From a candidate division WOR-3 bacterium (lineage in GTDB: Bacteria > Hydrothermota > Tepidihabitantia > Tepidihabitantales > Tepidihabitantaceae): a DNA stretch of 64,000 nt. The notes under the pieces are model-generated. The model did no database searches. It was not told the DNA's origin and saw only the letters and a list, made by a program, of their open reading frames with translations. The stretch is taken from positions 96,094 through 160,093 of the forward strand of contig JAOABP010000001.1 of the NCBI GenBank assembly GCA_026418295.1. Direction: 5' to 3'. This document shows positions 1-8,649 of the stretch, in pieces (the stretch's first letter is position 1; each line of letters begins with the position of its first letter). Made by a program: the position numbers and the translations under genes.

Positions 1-1
1 T

Positions 2-508
2 CAGACTGCAATCTGCCGTCTCAGTTCCGGCGCTCGCACCAACCCCTGCCGCATCTCTGCCCTTGCCACCAATGCCCTCTTTCCCTTGCGAAAAGGTGAT
101 GAGGTCCTTATCTGCTTCCCTGACGGCTGCCCCCTTACCGGCATTATCCTTTGCCCCTTATTCGGCGCCACCCCTGTCCCGCCCGTTCCTGAAAAGGCTT
201 TTGGTCTGGTCCAGGGCTCCCAAAAAGTTATTTTTGATGACAAAGGAAATATCCTCTGCGAGGTCCAATCGGTGGACATCTCGGCTTCAGGACAAATTAA
301 AATTGATGCCCCGACAGTTCTCCTTGCCGGTGCTCAGGCATCTGCGGTCCGATACGAAGAACTCGCCATTGCGCTCAACACCCTTGTTACCCTTCTCGCC
401 TCCCATACCCATATCTGCAACGCCATTGGCAAGCCCTCTGGTCCTCCGGTTCCCACCCCTGCGATTGAACTTACCCCTGCCCGGGCACTCAAAACCAAAC
501 TCACATGA
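2..508 (+). CDS. Phage baseplate spike/assembly protein (gpV-like), 5'-truncated by the window edge
   Basis: Frame is open from base 2; KGDEVLICFPDG OB-fold-like motif and C-terminal HTH (SHTHIC) tip motif; overlaps next gene (ATGA). Confidence 0.75.
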   Translation, partial: QTAICRLSSGARTNPCRISALATNALFPLRKGDEVLICFPDGCPLTGIILCPLFGATPVPPVPEKAFGLVQGSQKVIFDDKGNILCEVQSVDISASGQIKIDAPTVLLAGAQASAVRYEELAIALNTLVTLLASHTHICNAIGKPSGPPVPTPAIELTPARALKTKLT

Positions 509-894
509 CCTCCCTTTTAGGCTCTGACCTGTTTTTTGATAACCTGCGGCAACTCACAATTGAAAATGGTGACCTTACCCTTATTTCTGACCTTGATTGT
601 CTTATTGCCAACCTCTACGACCGCCTCCAGAGTGCCCGGGGTGCGCTCATCGCCCATCCCGACTTTGGCGCCGACCTTGCCTCCTTCATTGCCGAAAACC
701 CATCCCCTGATTTTCTCCTTGATATTGCTGCCCGTGCCCGCATTGAGCTGAAAAAAGACCCCAGGATTGATGATGTCCTTTCCTGCTCAGCTGAAATCCA
801 GTCTGACAATACCATTCTTATCATCGCTGACCTCAAAACCATCACCGGCAACATCCTTACCAACCTTATTTTCCCCCTTTACCTCCATGCTTAG
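505..894 (+). CDS. Phage baseplate wedge protein (gp25/gpW/DUF2634-like)
   Basis: GDL...RLQSARGALIAHPDFGA...DPRIDDV pattern; position between spike and gpJ. Confidence 0.75.
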   Translation: MTSLLGSDLFFDNLRQLTIENGDLTLISDLDCLIANLYDRLQSARGALIAHPDFGADLASFIAENPSPDFLLDIAARARIELKKDPRIDDVLSCSAEIQSDNTILIIADLKTITGNILTNLIFPLYLHA

Positions 895-927
895 AACCAA
901 AAATCAAAAACCATTCAGTGAGGTCCA

Positions 928-2025
928 ATGAAATCATTAAAACAATTCTACGAACAGATGCGGGACTACTTCCTCTCTCAACTTCCTGATATATACCTCA
1001 ACTTCAACATCGGCTCCCGCATCCGCTCCTTATTTGAATCTATCGCCAGTGTCCTTGAAGAACTTTCATTTGAAGCCGACACTGAATACCAGAATCTCTA
1101 CATTCATTCCGCGTTTGGCTCCCGTCTCACAATGCGTGCCCGGGAACTGGGCATTGAGCGCAAACCTGCGCAAAAGGCGACCGGCTGGTTTCGCTTCTTC
1201 GGTCCTGCCCAGACTCAAATACCCTCAGGCACCCGGATTGCCAATGCCGACCCTGACATCACCGATAACCCGATTATCTTCCAGACCACCCAAACTGGCG
1301 AAATCCCTGATACCGGTCAGATTGATATTCCGATTGAAGCCATTGAGCCCGGCGCCCTATACAACCTCCCAACCGGCGCCCTTTCCTATATCATTGATGA
1401 GATTCCTGATGTCACCGGTTCCAACCCCTCTCCGACCGCGGGCGGCGCTGATGAAGAAACCGATGAAGACCTTCGTCATCGCTGCTTTCTTGCCCCATAT
1501 CGCCTTGCCCGTTCAATAGAACGCTGCTGGGAATCACTTGCCTGCGACATCACCGGTGTTGCCCGTGCCAAATGTCTCTCCTGTTCTCCCTCCCCTGGCA
1601 AATTCCGCATCTATATCTGGTCCCGTGATGCCGCAGGCAGACTTGTTTCCCCCTCTCCCCAGCTCATCACCACTGTTCAGGAATATCTCAATCAATTTGT
1701 CCCTGTTTGTATCACCCTTACTGTTACCCAGCCCACCGGCCCTTATCAGGACATTATTGCCTATCTCAAAATCTCTGAAACCGCTCAATTCAATGAAATT
1801 ATGCCTCTGGTCAAAACTGCGCTCGAATCTGTTTTCTCCGCACTTTTACCTGGTGAAACCTTAACCCGTGCCCGGCTCATTGCGGCGGCAATGTCCATTC
1901 CTGGTGTCATCAACTTCCGCCTTGCCCTGCCTCTTGATGATGTTACCCCTCAGGAAACTGAAACCATCTATCCCGGCACTATCACCATTCACCCCTGGGA
2001 ATGGGACAGCCAATTTGAACTATGA
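928..2025 (+). CDS. Phage baseplate J/gp47 family protein
   Basis: GIERKPAQKATG, IPSGTRI, AIEPGALYN, GGADEETDEDLRHR motifs typical of Baseplate_J; SD GAGG upstream. Confidence 0.9.
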   Translation: MKSLKQFYEQMRDYFLSQLPDIYLNFNIGSRIRSLFESIASVLEELSFEADTEYQNLYIHSAFGSRLTMRARELGIERKPAQKATGWFRFFGPAQTQIPSGTRIANADPDITDNPIIFQTTQTGEIPDTGQIDIPIEAIEPGALYNLPTGALSYIIDEIPDVTGSNPSPTAGGADEETDEDLRHRCFLAPYRLARSIERCWESLACDITGVARAKCLSCSPSPGKFRIYIWSRDAAGRLVSPSPQLITTVQEYLNQFVPVCITLTVTQPTGPYQDIIAYLKISETAQFNEIMPLVKTALESVFSALLPGETLTRARLIAAAMSIPGVINFRLALPLDDVTPQETETIYPGTITIHPWEWDSQFEL

Positions 2026-2744
2026 CCCTTCTTGACCGCCTCCTGGCCGCACTCCCTCCCTTCCTCCGCCCCCATAGCCCGAGCGGCGTCACCCATCACC
2101 TCCTCAGTGCGATTGCCACCGCATTTCAGACCCTTCAGACTCAATTCCGCCTTCTCCGCGCCCGGGGTGCTATTCACCGCTGGGACCCCGAATTCGTTGA
2201 ATATTACGCATCAGATAAACGCAAAGATGATATCGCCCGGATTGCCGTCTCCCGCCTTTTATCCAAACGCTCCAACGAGACCTGGGAACAATTTGAACAG
2301 CGTGTCCAGAATTTTCTTGGTTCCGAAAACTGGGCTGACCCTTCCCATCAAAATTATACCGTCACCGGTGATATATCACGCTGGGGCTCCGGTACTGGCA
2401 TTACCCTCGAATTAGAGCACACCGGACTTAAAGTTGATGCTATCTATCCTGGTGGTACCGAGCACGACCAGTGGAAAGTCTGGGACAAAGAACACGAACC
2501 ATCTGACCCGCTTGAACTTGCCAAAACTTACGACCTCGGCCACGAACCCCCTTCTAACCAGCGTCTTACCAAACTCTATTCCCTCCACTATCTTGATTGG
2601 ACATTTTATATTATCCTCTCCAACCCCCAAAATATTGATTACTCCCCGGATGAAATCAAAACCATTGTCAAATTGACCAAACCGGTCTGGACCCAGGCGA
2701 TGGCAAAACTCCCTGACTCCGAAACCTGGACCAGAATAATCTAA
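2022..2744 (+). CDS. Phage baseplate/tail protein (gpI-like position)
   Basis: Translationally coupled to gpJ; LPPFL N-terminus and IVKLTKPVWT C-terminus resemble gpI/DUF2313 proteins. Confidence 0.6.
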   Translation: MTLLDRLLAALPPFLRPHSPSGVTHHLLSAIATAFQTLQTQFRLLRARGAIHRWDPEFVEYYASDKRKDDIARIAVSRLLSKRSNETWEQFEQRVQNFLGSENWADPSHQNYTVTGDISRWGSGTGITLELEHTGLKVDAIYPGGTEHDQWKVWDKEHEPSDPLELAKTYDLGHEPPSNQRLTKLYSLHYLDWTFYIILSNPQNIDYSPDEIKTIVKLTKPVWTQAMAKLPDSETWTRII

Positions 2745-2759
2745 TGTTTCCCTTTTTCT

Positions 2760-2819
2760 GTCATTTCGAGCCCCCCCTTCCGTCATTTCGAGCGGAGCGA
2801 AGCGAAGTCGAGAAATCCC
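2760..2819. repeat. REP-like palindromic element (GTCATTTCGAGC twice; second copy completes an ATTTCGAG...TCGAGAAAT hairpin)
   Basis: Direct repeat at 2760-2771 and 2782-2793; imperfect palindrome gtcatttcgagcggagcgaagcgaagtcgagaaatccc in an intergenic gap. Confidence 0.55.
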
Positions 2820-2898
2820 TCGATTCAGTACAGGCTTTATCGAAAAACCCCTCTTTTCCCTGGGGGGGCTTTATTAACTTTAACCCGATGGAGGTCTT

Positions 2899-4236
2899 AT
2901 GGCAAACCTTAAAAGAAAACATCAGGCTTTCAACACCCATTTTCTCCGGGTAGAAGATTTTAATTATCGTAACGATGCCATTCTTGACCAGATTGCCGCA
3001 CGCACCAAAGAGTTCGCCACCAAAGGGGTCTTAAAAGGCTACGGTTCAGACCTTGCCCCTTCCATCGAAGACAATCAAATCAAAATTTCCTCTGGTCTTG
3101 CCTATATTAATGGCAACCGGGTTGAAATCACCACCGCTCAATTCCTTCCCATCACTTCTGGTCATTACATCGTCTATCTTGCCCATCAGGAAACCCCTGA
3201 CACCGACCCTGATGCCCAGCGCCAGGATGACGATGGGCAATGGCATACCGTCTGGTTCCGGGATGGCTTCATTCTTGGCACAATTGATTATGACCTCTGG
3301 ACCAACCCCCCTGATAAACTTGCCCTCTGCTTAATTTACAATATAGGTGGACAACTTATCCTTACCGATTATCGCACCTATATCAAATTATCCATCCTTC
3401 TTCCTGACAATTCTGTAGATACCGCCCAGCTCAAAGACCTTGCCGTTACCAACCCGAAACTTGCTCTCGGTGCGGTTGGCTCTTCCAATATTCAAAATAA
3501 TGCGATTACAACCGAAAAAATCGCCAATGAAGCGGTTACCAGCGGTCGTATCGCTCCGGGTGCGGTCACCGGCGCCAAAATCGCCACCTGGGCTGTTACT
3601 CAGGAAAAGATTATGAATGGTGCGGTTGATGATTCCAAACTTGCTAACAATGCGGTCACAACCGAAAAACTCGCCGATGGAGCGGTCATCGAACAAAAAC
3701 TCGCCGATGGAGCGGTCATCGAACAAAAACTCGCTGATGGAGCGGTCACCGAACAAAAACTCGCTGATGGAGCGGTCACCCCTACCAAAGCCGGTTCCGA
3801 AACCGTTGTTTCTGTCATTTATTCCACCTCTGGCATATATCCTAAAGCCGGCTCACCTGAGACTGGCGCCCGAATTGGTGATTTAATTACAGTTGCCGCC
3901 CCGTCTTATGTCCTCGGTGCCCTATTCGAGCGTTCGCAATCCATCCGCAAAATCCGCATCCGCTTTGCCGCCCGGCGAACCTTCTCGGGACCCCCAACCC
4001 CAGTATATTTAAGAGCCCAGAAACGCTCTGGTACCTCTCCAACCCTTGAAGCCGGTCCGGTTCTAATAGAATATTATAACCCCGTCCCCAGTGATTTGAT
4101 GCGCCAATGGCTCGAATATACCATTGAACTTGACCTCACCCAATCCCCAGATTATGGACGCTGGGCGGTCTGGCTTTATCAGTATGAGGATTTTGAAACT
4201 GAATATGGTGAAATTGAAATCGTCGCCCTCTCCTGA
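2899..4236 (+). CDS. Phage tail fibre protein with 10-aa (AVTxxKLADG) repeats
   Basis: SD GGAGG; N-terminal [13 protein letters not shown] fibre-attachment-like segment; central repeats; divergent C-terminal domain. Confidence 0.75.
   Translation: MANLKRKHQAFNTHFLRVEDFNYRNDAILDQIAARTKEFATKGVLKGYGSDLAPSIEDNQIKISSGLAYINGNRVEITTAQFLPITSGHYIVYLAHQETPDTDPDAQRQDDDGQWHTVWFRDGFILGTIDYDLWTNPPDKLALCLIYNIGGQLILTDYRTYIKLSILLPDNSVDTAQLKDLAVTNPKLALGAVGSSNIQNNAITTEKIANEAVTSGRIAPGAVTGAKIATWAVTQEKIMNGAVDDSKLANNAVTTEKLADGAVIEQKLADGAVIEQKLADGAVTEQKLADGAVTPTKAGSETVVSVIYSTSGIYPKAGSPETGARIGDLITVAAPSYVLGALFERSQSIRKIRIRFAARRTFSGPPTPVYLRAQKRSGTSPTLEAGPVLIEYYNPVPSDLMRQWLEYTIELDLTQSPDYGRWAVWLYQYEDFETEYGEIEIVALS
3661..3780 (+). 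repeat. Four tandem 30-bp repeats within the tail fibre gene
   Basis: gaacaaaaactcgc(c/t)gatggagcggtca(t/c)c repeated; degenerate 10-aa periodicity extends upstream. Confidence 0.9.
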
Positions 4237-4272
4237 TATGAACCATAAACCCCGGACTATGAACTTTGAACC

Positions 4273-4602
4273 ATGAAAGCCTTTGAAGCCGCGCAAATTA
4301 TGCTTCTCCAGCGCGCCCTTCCCGAGCGTGACCAGGTCCAGCATCTCTGGCGACTTTACCACGACCATGCCCTGACCATCGTCCAGATTCGGTTTCACCA
4401 GCAGAGCTCCACATTACGAATACCGGCAACCGCCGTCCCCGCTCTAAAACGCGAATTAGATGACTGGCTTAATTCGGTTTGTGTTCAGGCTAACATCACC
4501 TTTCTTTCACCACAGACAAAAGATGTCTTTTTCCGTAACCTTTTCCCGGATTACACCCCACCCGACCCCAGCCCTTTTCTTTCCCATCAACGCCGCTGGT
4601 AA
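4273..4602 (+). CDS. Hypothetical protein, last gene of the prophage
   Basis: 109-aa ORF with phage-like base composition; no motif recognised. Confidence 0.55.
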   Translation: MKAFEAAQIMLLQRALPERDQVQHLWRLYHDHALTIVQIRFHQQSSTLRIPATAVPALKRELDDWLNSVCVQANITFLSPQTKDVFFRNLFPDYTPPDPSPFLSHQRRW

Positions 4603-4645
4603 CAAATACAGAAAGGAACTGGCATGAATATATTATATAAACCAG

Positions 4646-4719
4646 AGTGAAATTTACCGCAACCTTTCACAGTGAAGCCTACCGCAACTCTTCACAGTGA
4701 AGCCTGACGCATTATTCAC
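4646..4719. repeat. Three tandem 24-25-bp repeats AGTGAA-N13/14-TTCAC near the prophage end (candidate transposase/repressor sites)
   Basis: agtgaaatttaccgcaacctttcac / agtgaagcctaccgcaactcttcac / agtgaagcctgacgcattattcac; CCGCAAC core recurs at the terminus (4807-4813). Confidence 0.75.
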
Positions 4720-4814
4720 TTTTGCCCTATTTCGTTCCGTTACAGACCTACAAAACACGCAAAAACCGACCAAATGACACGCCCTGCCCCCCCCTTCCCG
4801 TTTCCCCCGCAACA

Positions 4815-5471
4815 GAACACTGGCTCAGGGATGATTTGACACTGCAGGTTGAGGCGTATTACAAGGATTACCGGCATCTGCTGGAGGCACGCTACGGTGA
4901 GGTGTTCACCCCGCCGGACTCACTGCTTGATGCCCGTGGTTATTCACTCGGTGCAGAACTGCTGGTCAGAAAAACCGCGGGCCGGGTCAATGGCTGGCTC
5001 GCCTATTCCTGGATGTGGACCAGGAGGGAGGCGGGCGGTGAGACCTATTATCCTCATTATGACCGCCGGCACAGTCTGAACCTGGTGCTTAACTTTCCGG
5101 CAGTGCTTTTGGGGTATGATCTCAGCCTGCGCTGGACACTGGGTACCGGCCTGCCCTATGCCGGGATTGCCGGTTTTTATTACCGGACGATTGAGCGGCC
5201 CGGGGGTCCGGCAGAAAGACAGCTGGAGCTGATTTACAGTGACCGGGATGCCTTCCGGTATCCGGCATATCACCGGCTGGATCTCAGCCTGAGCCGGACC
5301 GGCAGGCTGGGCAGGTTTGAGGCTTCGGTATTTCTGGATATCATCAATCTTTACAATGCCCGGAATGTTCTGCTATATTACTGGGACACCGCTGCGGATG
5401 GCAGACCGGTGCGCCATCAGGTCAGTATGCTGCCAACTCTGCCGACACTGGGCATCAGGATGAAATTCTGA
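4815..5471 (+). pseudogene. 3' fragment of a TonB-dependent receptor gene interrupted by the prophage
   Basis: EHWL...VEAYYKDY, YSLGAELLVRK, GWLAYSW, YDRRHSLNL, YHRLDLSL, NLYNARN and terminal aromatic F are barrel motifs; no host start or plug domain. Confidence 0.8.
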
Positions 5472-6268
5472 TGAGCCGGACCATAACTGCTCTCCTGGCC
5501 GGTCTGATTGCCGGGTTTGTTTCCTGTGAGCTGACACCGGAGCAGCAGTTTACACCGCAACTGGTTGTGCATGCCCGGCTCCAGAGCGGTAATGGTGTTG
5601 TCCGGGTCCATGTCAACCGCTCCTACCGGCTGGAGGAGAGTTACAACCCGGAGTTTACCGGTGCCGAGGTGCGGATATTCAGTCGTGAGGATACGATGGA
5701 TTTTGAATATGTTGCCGGAGACTCCTATCAGACGCGGGGTCCGGTGCCGGTAGCCGAGCAGGATACCTGGTTCCTTGAGGTGGCAAAACCCGGGTTTGAC
5801 ACGGTGCGCGGCAGGACGATAGTGCCGGCCGGGTTTGAAATTGTCTTTCCCCAGGCTGGTGATACGGTTACGGTCCGGGATTCAATGGTCTGGAGCCGGA
5901 GCCGGGGCAGTAAGGGGTATTATCTCTCCTTCCGGCAGATTGCGGAGCAGGATACATTTTATATTGATGCCCTGATTCCCAATGACTCCTTTGATGTCAG
6001 TTATGATTCACTTTTTGTTCGAATTCCGGATATGCTGTTTCTGATGCTGGTTGCACCGCCCCCCGATTCCCCGCCGGCACTGTGCACCCTGCGGGTATGG
6101 GCGCTGGACACCGGTTACTACGACTGGGTGTCCGGGGCAGCCGGAATGAATCCGCTCAAACCCAGCCGGTTGAGCGGCGGTCTCGGGGTTTTCGGGTCGG
6201 CGGTTGAACGGCTGGTACCGGTCTGGGTTCTGCCGGATACCGGTGCGCCCCTGAGGTCCGGGCGCTGA
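5471..6268 (+). CDS. DUF4249-like lipoprotein (TonB receptor partner)
   Basis: Lipobox FVS-C; PQLVVHARL; C-terminal SRLSGGLGVFGS; coupled to the receptor gene. Confidence 0.7.
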   Translation: MSRTITALLAGLIAGFVSCELTPEQQFTPQLVVHARLQSGNGVVRVHVNRSYRLEESYNPEFTGAEVRIFSREDTMDFEYVAGDSYQTRGPVPVAEQDTWFLEVAKPGFDTVRGRTIVPAGFEIVFPQAGDTVTVRDSMVWSRSRGSKGYYLSFRQIAEQDTFYIDALIPNDSFDVSYDSLFVRIPDMLFLMLVAPPPDSPPALCTLRVWALDTGYYDWVSGAAGMNPLKPSRLSGGLGVFGSAVERLVPVWVLPDTGAPLRSGR

Positions 6269-6287
6269 AAAATTCCGGTTTTTCCTC

Positions 6288-6316
6288 TTGACTTTGCTTA
6301 AATCTGCAGTTATGAT
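6288..6316 (+). promoter_or_regulatory. Sigma70-type promoter (likely leaderless transcript)
   Basis: TTGACT-17-TATGAT, ATG 8 nt downstream, no SD. Confidence 0.55.
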
Positions 6317-6324
6317 AACCTGCT

Positions 6325-7359
6325 ATGCCAAAAACATATAGTGAGATTGAAAACTGGATTCTTGCCGAAGTGAATCCGGTTCTTTCCAACAGTGTTGACC
6401 AGACCTATGAACGGCTGGTGCGGATCCGGGCACGGATGCCGGCAATTGATGTGCCTCAGGATTTGAACCGGGAGGAGGATTTCAGTGAGGAGGCGGTCGT
6501 CCGGGAGCTGGCGCTTTATTTTCAGGGGTGTGAGCAGGTACTGGATGTCGGGTGTGGTGATGGCTGGCCTCTGCTGCGGCTGGCAAACCACCTGCCCCAG
6601 GTCACCGGTATAGATGCTTCCACGCGCCGGATCGCAGTCGCCACCGAAAATGCCCGGCGCCTGGGACTGAAGAATGTCACCCTGAAGCAGATGTCCGCTA
6701 CCGAGCTTGCATTCGGTGACAATACCTTTGACGGTGTGGTTGCGGTAAATGTCGTGGAGCAGACACCGGAACCCTATCAGGTGCTCCGTGAGATTTACCG
6801 GGTGCTCAAGCCCGGCGGCAGACTCAAGATTTACTTCGAGGCGGGTAACGATACAGAGAAAGGCACAACGGAACGGGTTTTCCTTACCGAAACCGATATC
6901 TCGCTCGGGTATCATTATGTCCTGCGACATCACCGCCCTCCCTGGGAGCGGAACTATCTGATTGAGTTTACCCCGACCCCGGAAATGAAGGAGGAGTTCC
7001 GGCGTCTGCAGGAGCTGATTGACCGGCTCGGTCCGGTGCCGGCGCAGGTGCCCGAGCTCGGCCTGGAATTTCTGACGCGCAACCGGAGCGGAATCAAGGG
7101 CGGGACCTGGTATGAGATTGAACACTTTACGAGCGAGACGATGCGGGACACAGTAGAGGAGCTCGGCTTTACCGATGTCCGGATTGTCTATTCTGCCGGC
7201 ACACTTGCCCGGCGCTTCCAGCCGCAGATTGCCGGACAGGGGCTCTCGCCGGTCCAGCTGCAGGCGGTCTGTCAGGGGCTGGCGGTAGTGAGCGCCGAAA
7301 TTAACGCCCCGTCCGCCTCTGGTGAACCGGTGGTGGCGGTAAAACCCGAAAGGGGGTAA
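6325..7359 (+). CDS. Class I SAM-dependent methyltransferase
   Basis: VLDVGCGDG, TGIDAS, FDGVVA, EIYRVLKPGG motifs. Confidence 0.85.
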   Translation: MPKTYSEIENWILAEVNPVLSNSVDQTYERLVRIRARMPAIDVPQDLNREEDFSEEAVVRELALYFQGCEQVLDVGCGDGWPLLRLANHLPQVTGIDASTRRIAVATENARRLGLKNVTLKQMSATELAFGDNTFDGVVAVNVVEQTPEPYQVLREIYRVLKPGGRLKIYFEAGNDTEKGTTERVFLTETDISLGYHYVLRHHRPPWERNYLIEFTPTPEMKEEFRRLQELIDRLGPVPAQVPELGLEFLTRNRSGIKGGTWYEIEHFTSETMRDTVEELGFTDVRIVYSAGTLARRFQPQIAGQGLSPVQLQAVCQGLAVVSAEINAPSASGEPVVAVKPERG

Positions 7360-7362
7360 GTA

Positions 7363-8649
7363 ATGAGAATCAGGGCAGCGGTCTGGTGCCGGTATGCGGC
7401 AGCCGGGTTGGGTCTGATCAGCCTGGCATTTTCGGCTTGCAAAACAGCACCGCCCGGCAAGCCGTTGGGTGCGACCTATGCGGAGCTGGGCAAGGCTGAG
7501 ATCTGGAAAATACCGGCAAGGAGTGAAGCACAGACGGTCGGTCTGAAGGTTGGGGATGTGATCATTGGTTACAACGATGAGCCGGTCCGGGATGTCAATG
7601 AGTATTTTCATCTGGAAAGGGAGGCGGTGACCGCGGGTTCTGGTGAAAAGGTCCGGCTGACCGTGCTCCGGGATGACCAGGAGCTCAGCTTTGAAGTCCG
7701 GCGGATACCGCTCGGTTTTCTCCCGAAGTCAAGAATGTATGGTGCCAGTCTGGCAAAGGCGCTGGATGATGTTATTCAGCATTACGGGCAGCCCGGGATG
7801 TATGACTGGCTGGCAGCGCTGACCGGGGAGTCGTTTGCCGTGATGCTGGAGGAGAATAACCCTTATTCCTGGGGAACGGACGGTCTGGCAGAAAATTATA
7901 TTAGCACCGTTGAGCAGTTTACCGGTCTTTCACTCCGGCTCCGTTACAGCCGGGAAAGTGAGGAGGTAGATTCTGCTGCTCCGGATCCGGGTTTACAGGT
8001 GATCCGGAAACTGCTGGCTCAGAACCGGGATCTGGTTGTCCTGGGGAAATGGGGGGATCAGCCGGCACTCCTCTGGGGCATTCCGGTCCGGATCAATCCC
8101 GCCGACTCAACAGTTCTGGGCTGGACTCTGGACTATGGCACCGAGCAGACACTGACTGGAGAAGTTGTCTCGGTTTATGAGGTCGGTTTCCGGGGTCCGG
8201 TAACGCCGGAGCCGGCAGATATGCTCTCCAGTGTGCTTGAGCAGGCGCTGGAGCTGGGACTGCGCTCCAGTGACCGCGGGTGGCATTCCGGACTGGAGGC
8301 ATATGATATTGTCCTGAAACAGCTGGAACAGTTTCCGGTTGTGCCGGAGGGAATTGATGCCGGTAATGAATGCTTTTACCGTCTGGTCTGGCGTCTGATG
8401 GCGAAAAAGGAGAGCGCCAACCGTTTTCTCAACGAGATGAAGCAGGTTCTGCCCGAACAGGCGGATCTGATTGAGGAGGTTCTGGGAAGAAACCGGGCGA
8501 TCATCGGGAAACTGGAAGGGGTGATGGCAGCAAACCTCCGGCTGGATTCGCCGGCAAATCAGCAGAAGGCGGCCCGGGTTATTGCAGAAATTCAGGAGAT
8601 TGAAAACGACCTGCTCGGGCTTTATGAGGAGCTGATTGGCGACTTGTAA
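7363..8649 (+). CDS. PDZ-domain-containing lipoprotein
   Basis: Lipobox FSA-C; SEAQTVGLKVGDVIIGYND...LTVLRD PDZ pattern. Confidence 0.7.
   Translation: MRIRAAVWCRYAAAGLGLISLAFSACKTAPPGKPLGATYAELGKAEIWKIPARSEAQTVGLKVGDVIIGYNDEPVRDVNEYFHLEREAVTAGSGEKVRLTVLRDDQELSFEVRRIPLGFLPKSRMYGASLAKALDDVIQHYGQPGMYDWLAALTGESFAVMLEENNPYSWGTDGLAENYISTVEQFTGLSLRLRYSRESEEVDSAAPDPGLQVIRKLLAQNRDLVVLGKWGDQPALLWGIPVRINPADSTVLGWTLDYGTEQTLTGEVVSVYEVGFRGPVTPEPADMLSSVLEQALELGLRSSDRGWHSGLEAYDIVLKQLEQFPVVPEGIDAGNECFYRLVWRLMAKKESANRFLNEMKQVLPEQADLIEEVLGRNRAIIGKLEGVMAANLRLDSPANQQKAARVIAEIQEIENDLLGLYEELIGDL

Larger units (their letters stand above)
1..4814 (+). mobile_element. Right-hand part of a prophage (contractile-tail module), probably a transposable Mu-like phage; left end outside the window
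   Basis: Baseplate spike-wedge-gpJ-gpI-tail fibre gene order; C/T-rich coding strand unlike the host; ends at ...CCGCAACA (4814), after which a TonB-receptor frame resumes; subterminal repeats at 4646-4719. Confidence 0.8.

Noticed and set aside
2744-2953. 69-aa ORF
   Set aside because: Translates through the palindromic repeat and overlaps the SD-led fibre gene; likely spurious.
3661-3780. CRISPR or DGR repeat in the tail fibre
   Set aside because: In-frame coding tandem repeat; no spacers, reverse transcriptase or adenine-specific variant copy seen.
4646-4719. Mini CRISPR array
   Set aside because: The units are directly tandem without spacers, and there are no cas genes in the window.
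4722-5471. 249-aa ORF as an intact gene
   Set aside because: The first 31 codons are prophage-end DNA fortuitously in frame with the receptor fragment; no SD or signal peptide.
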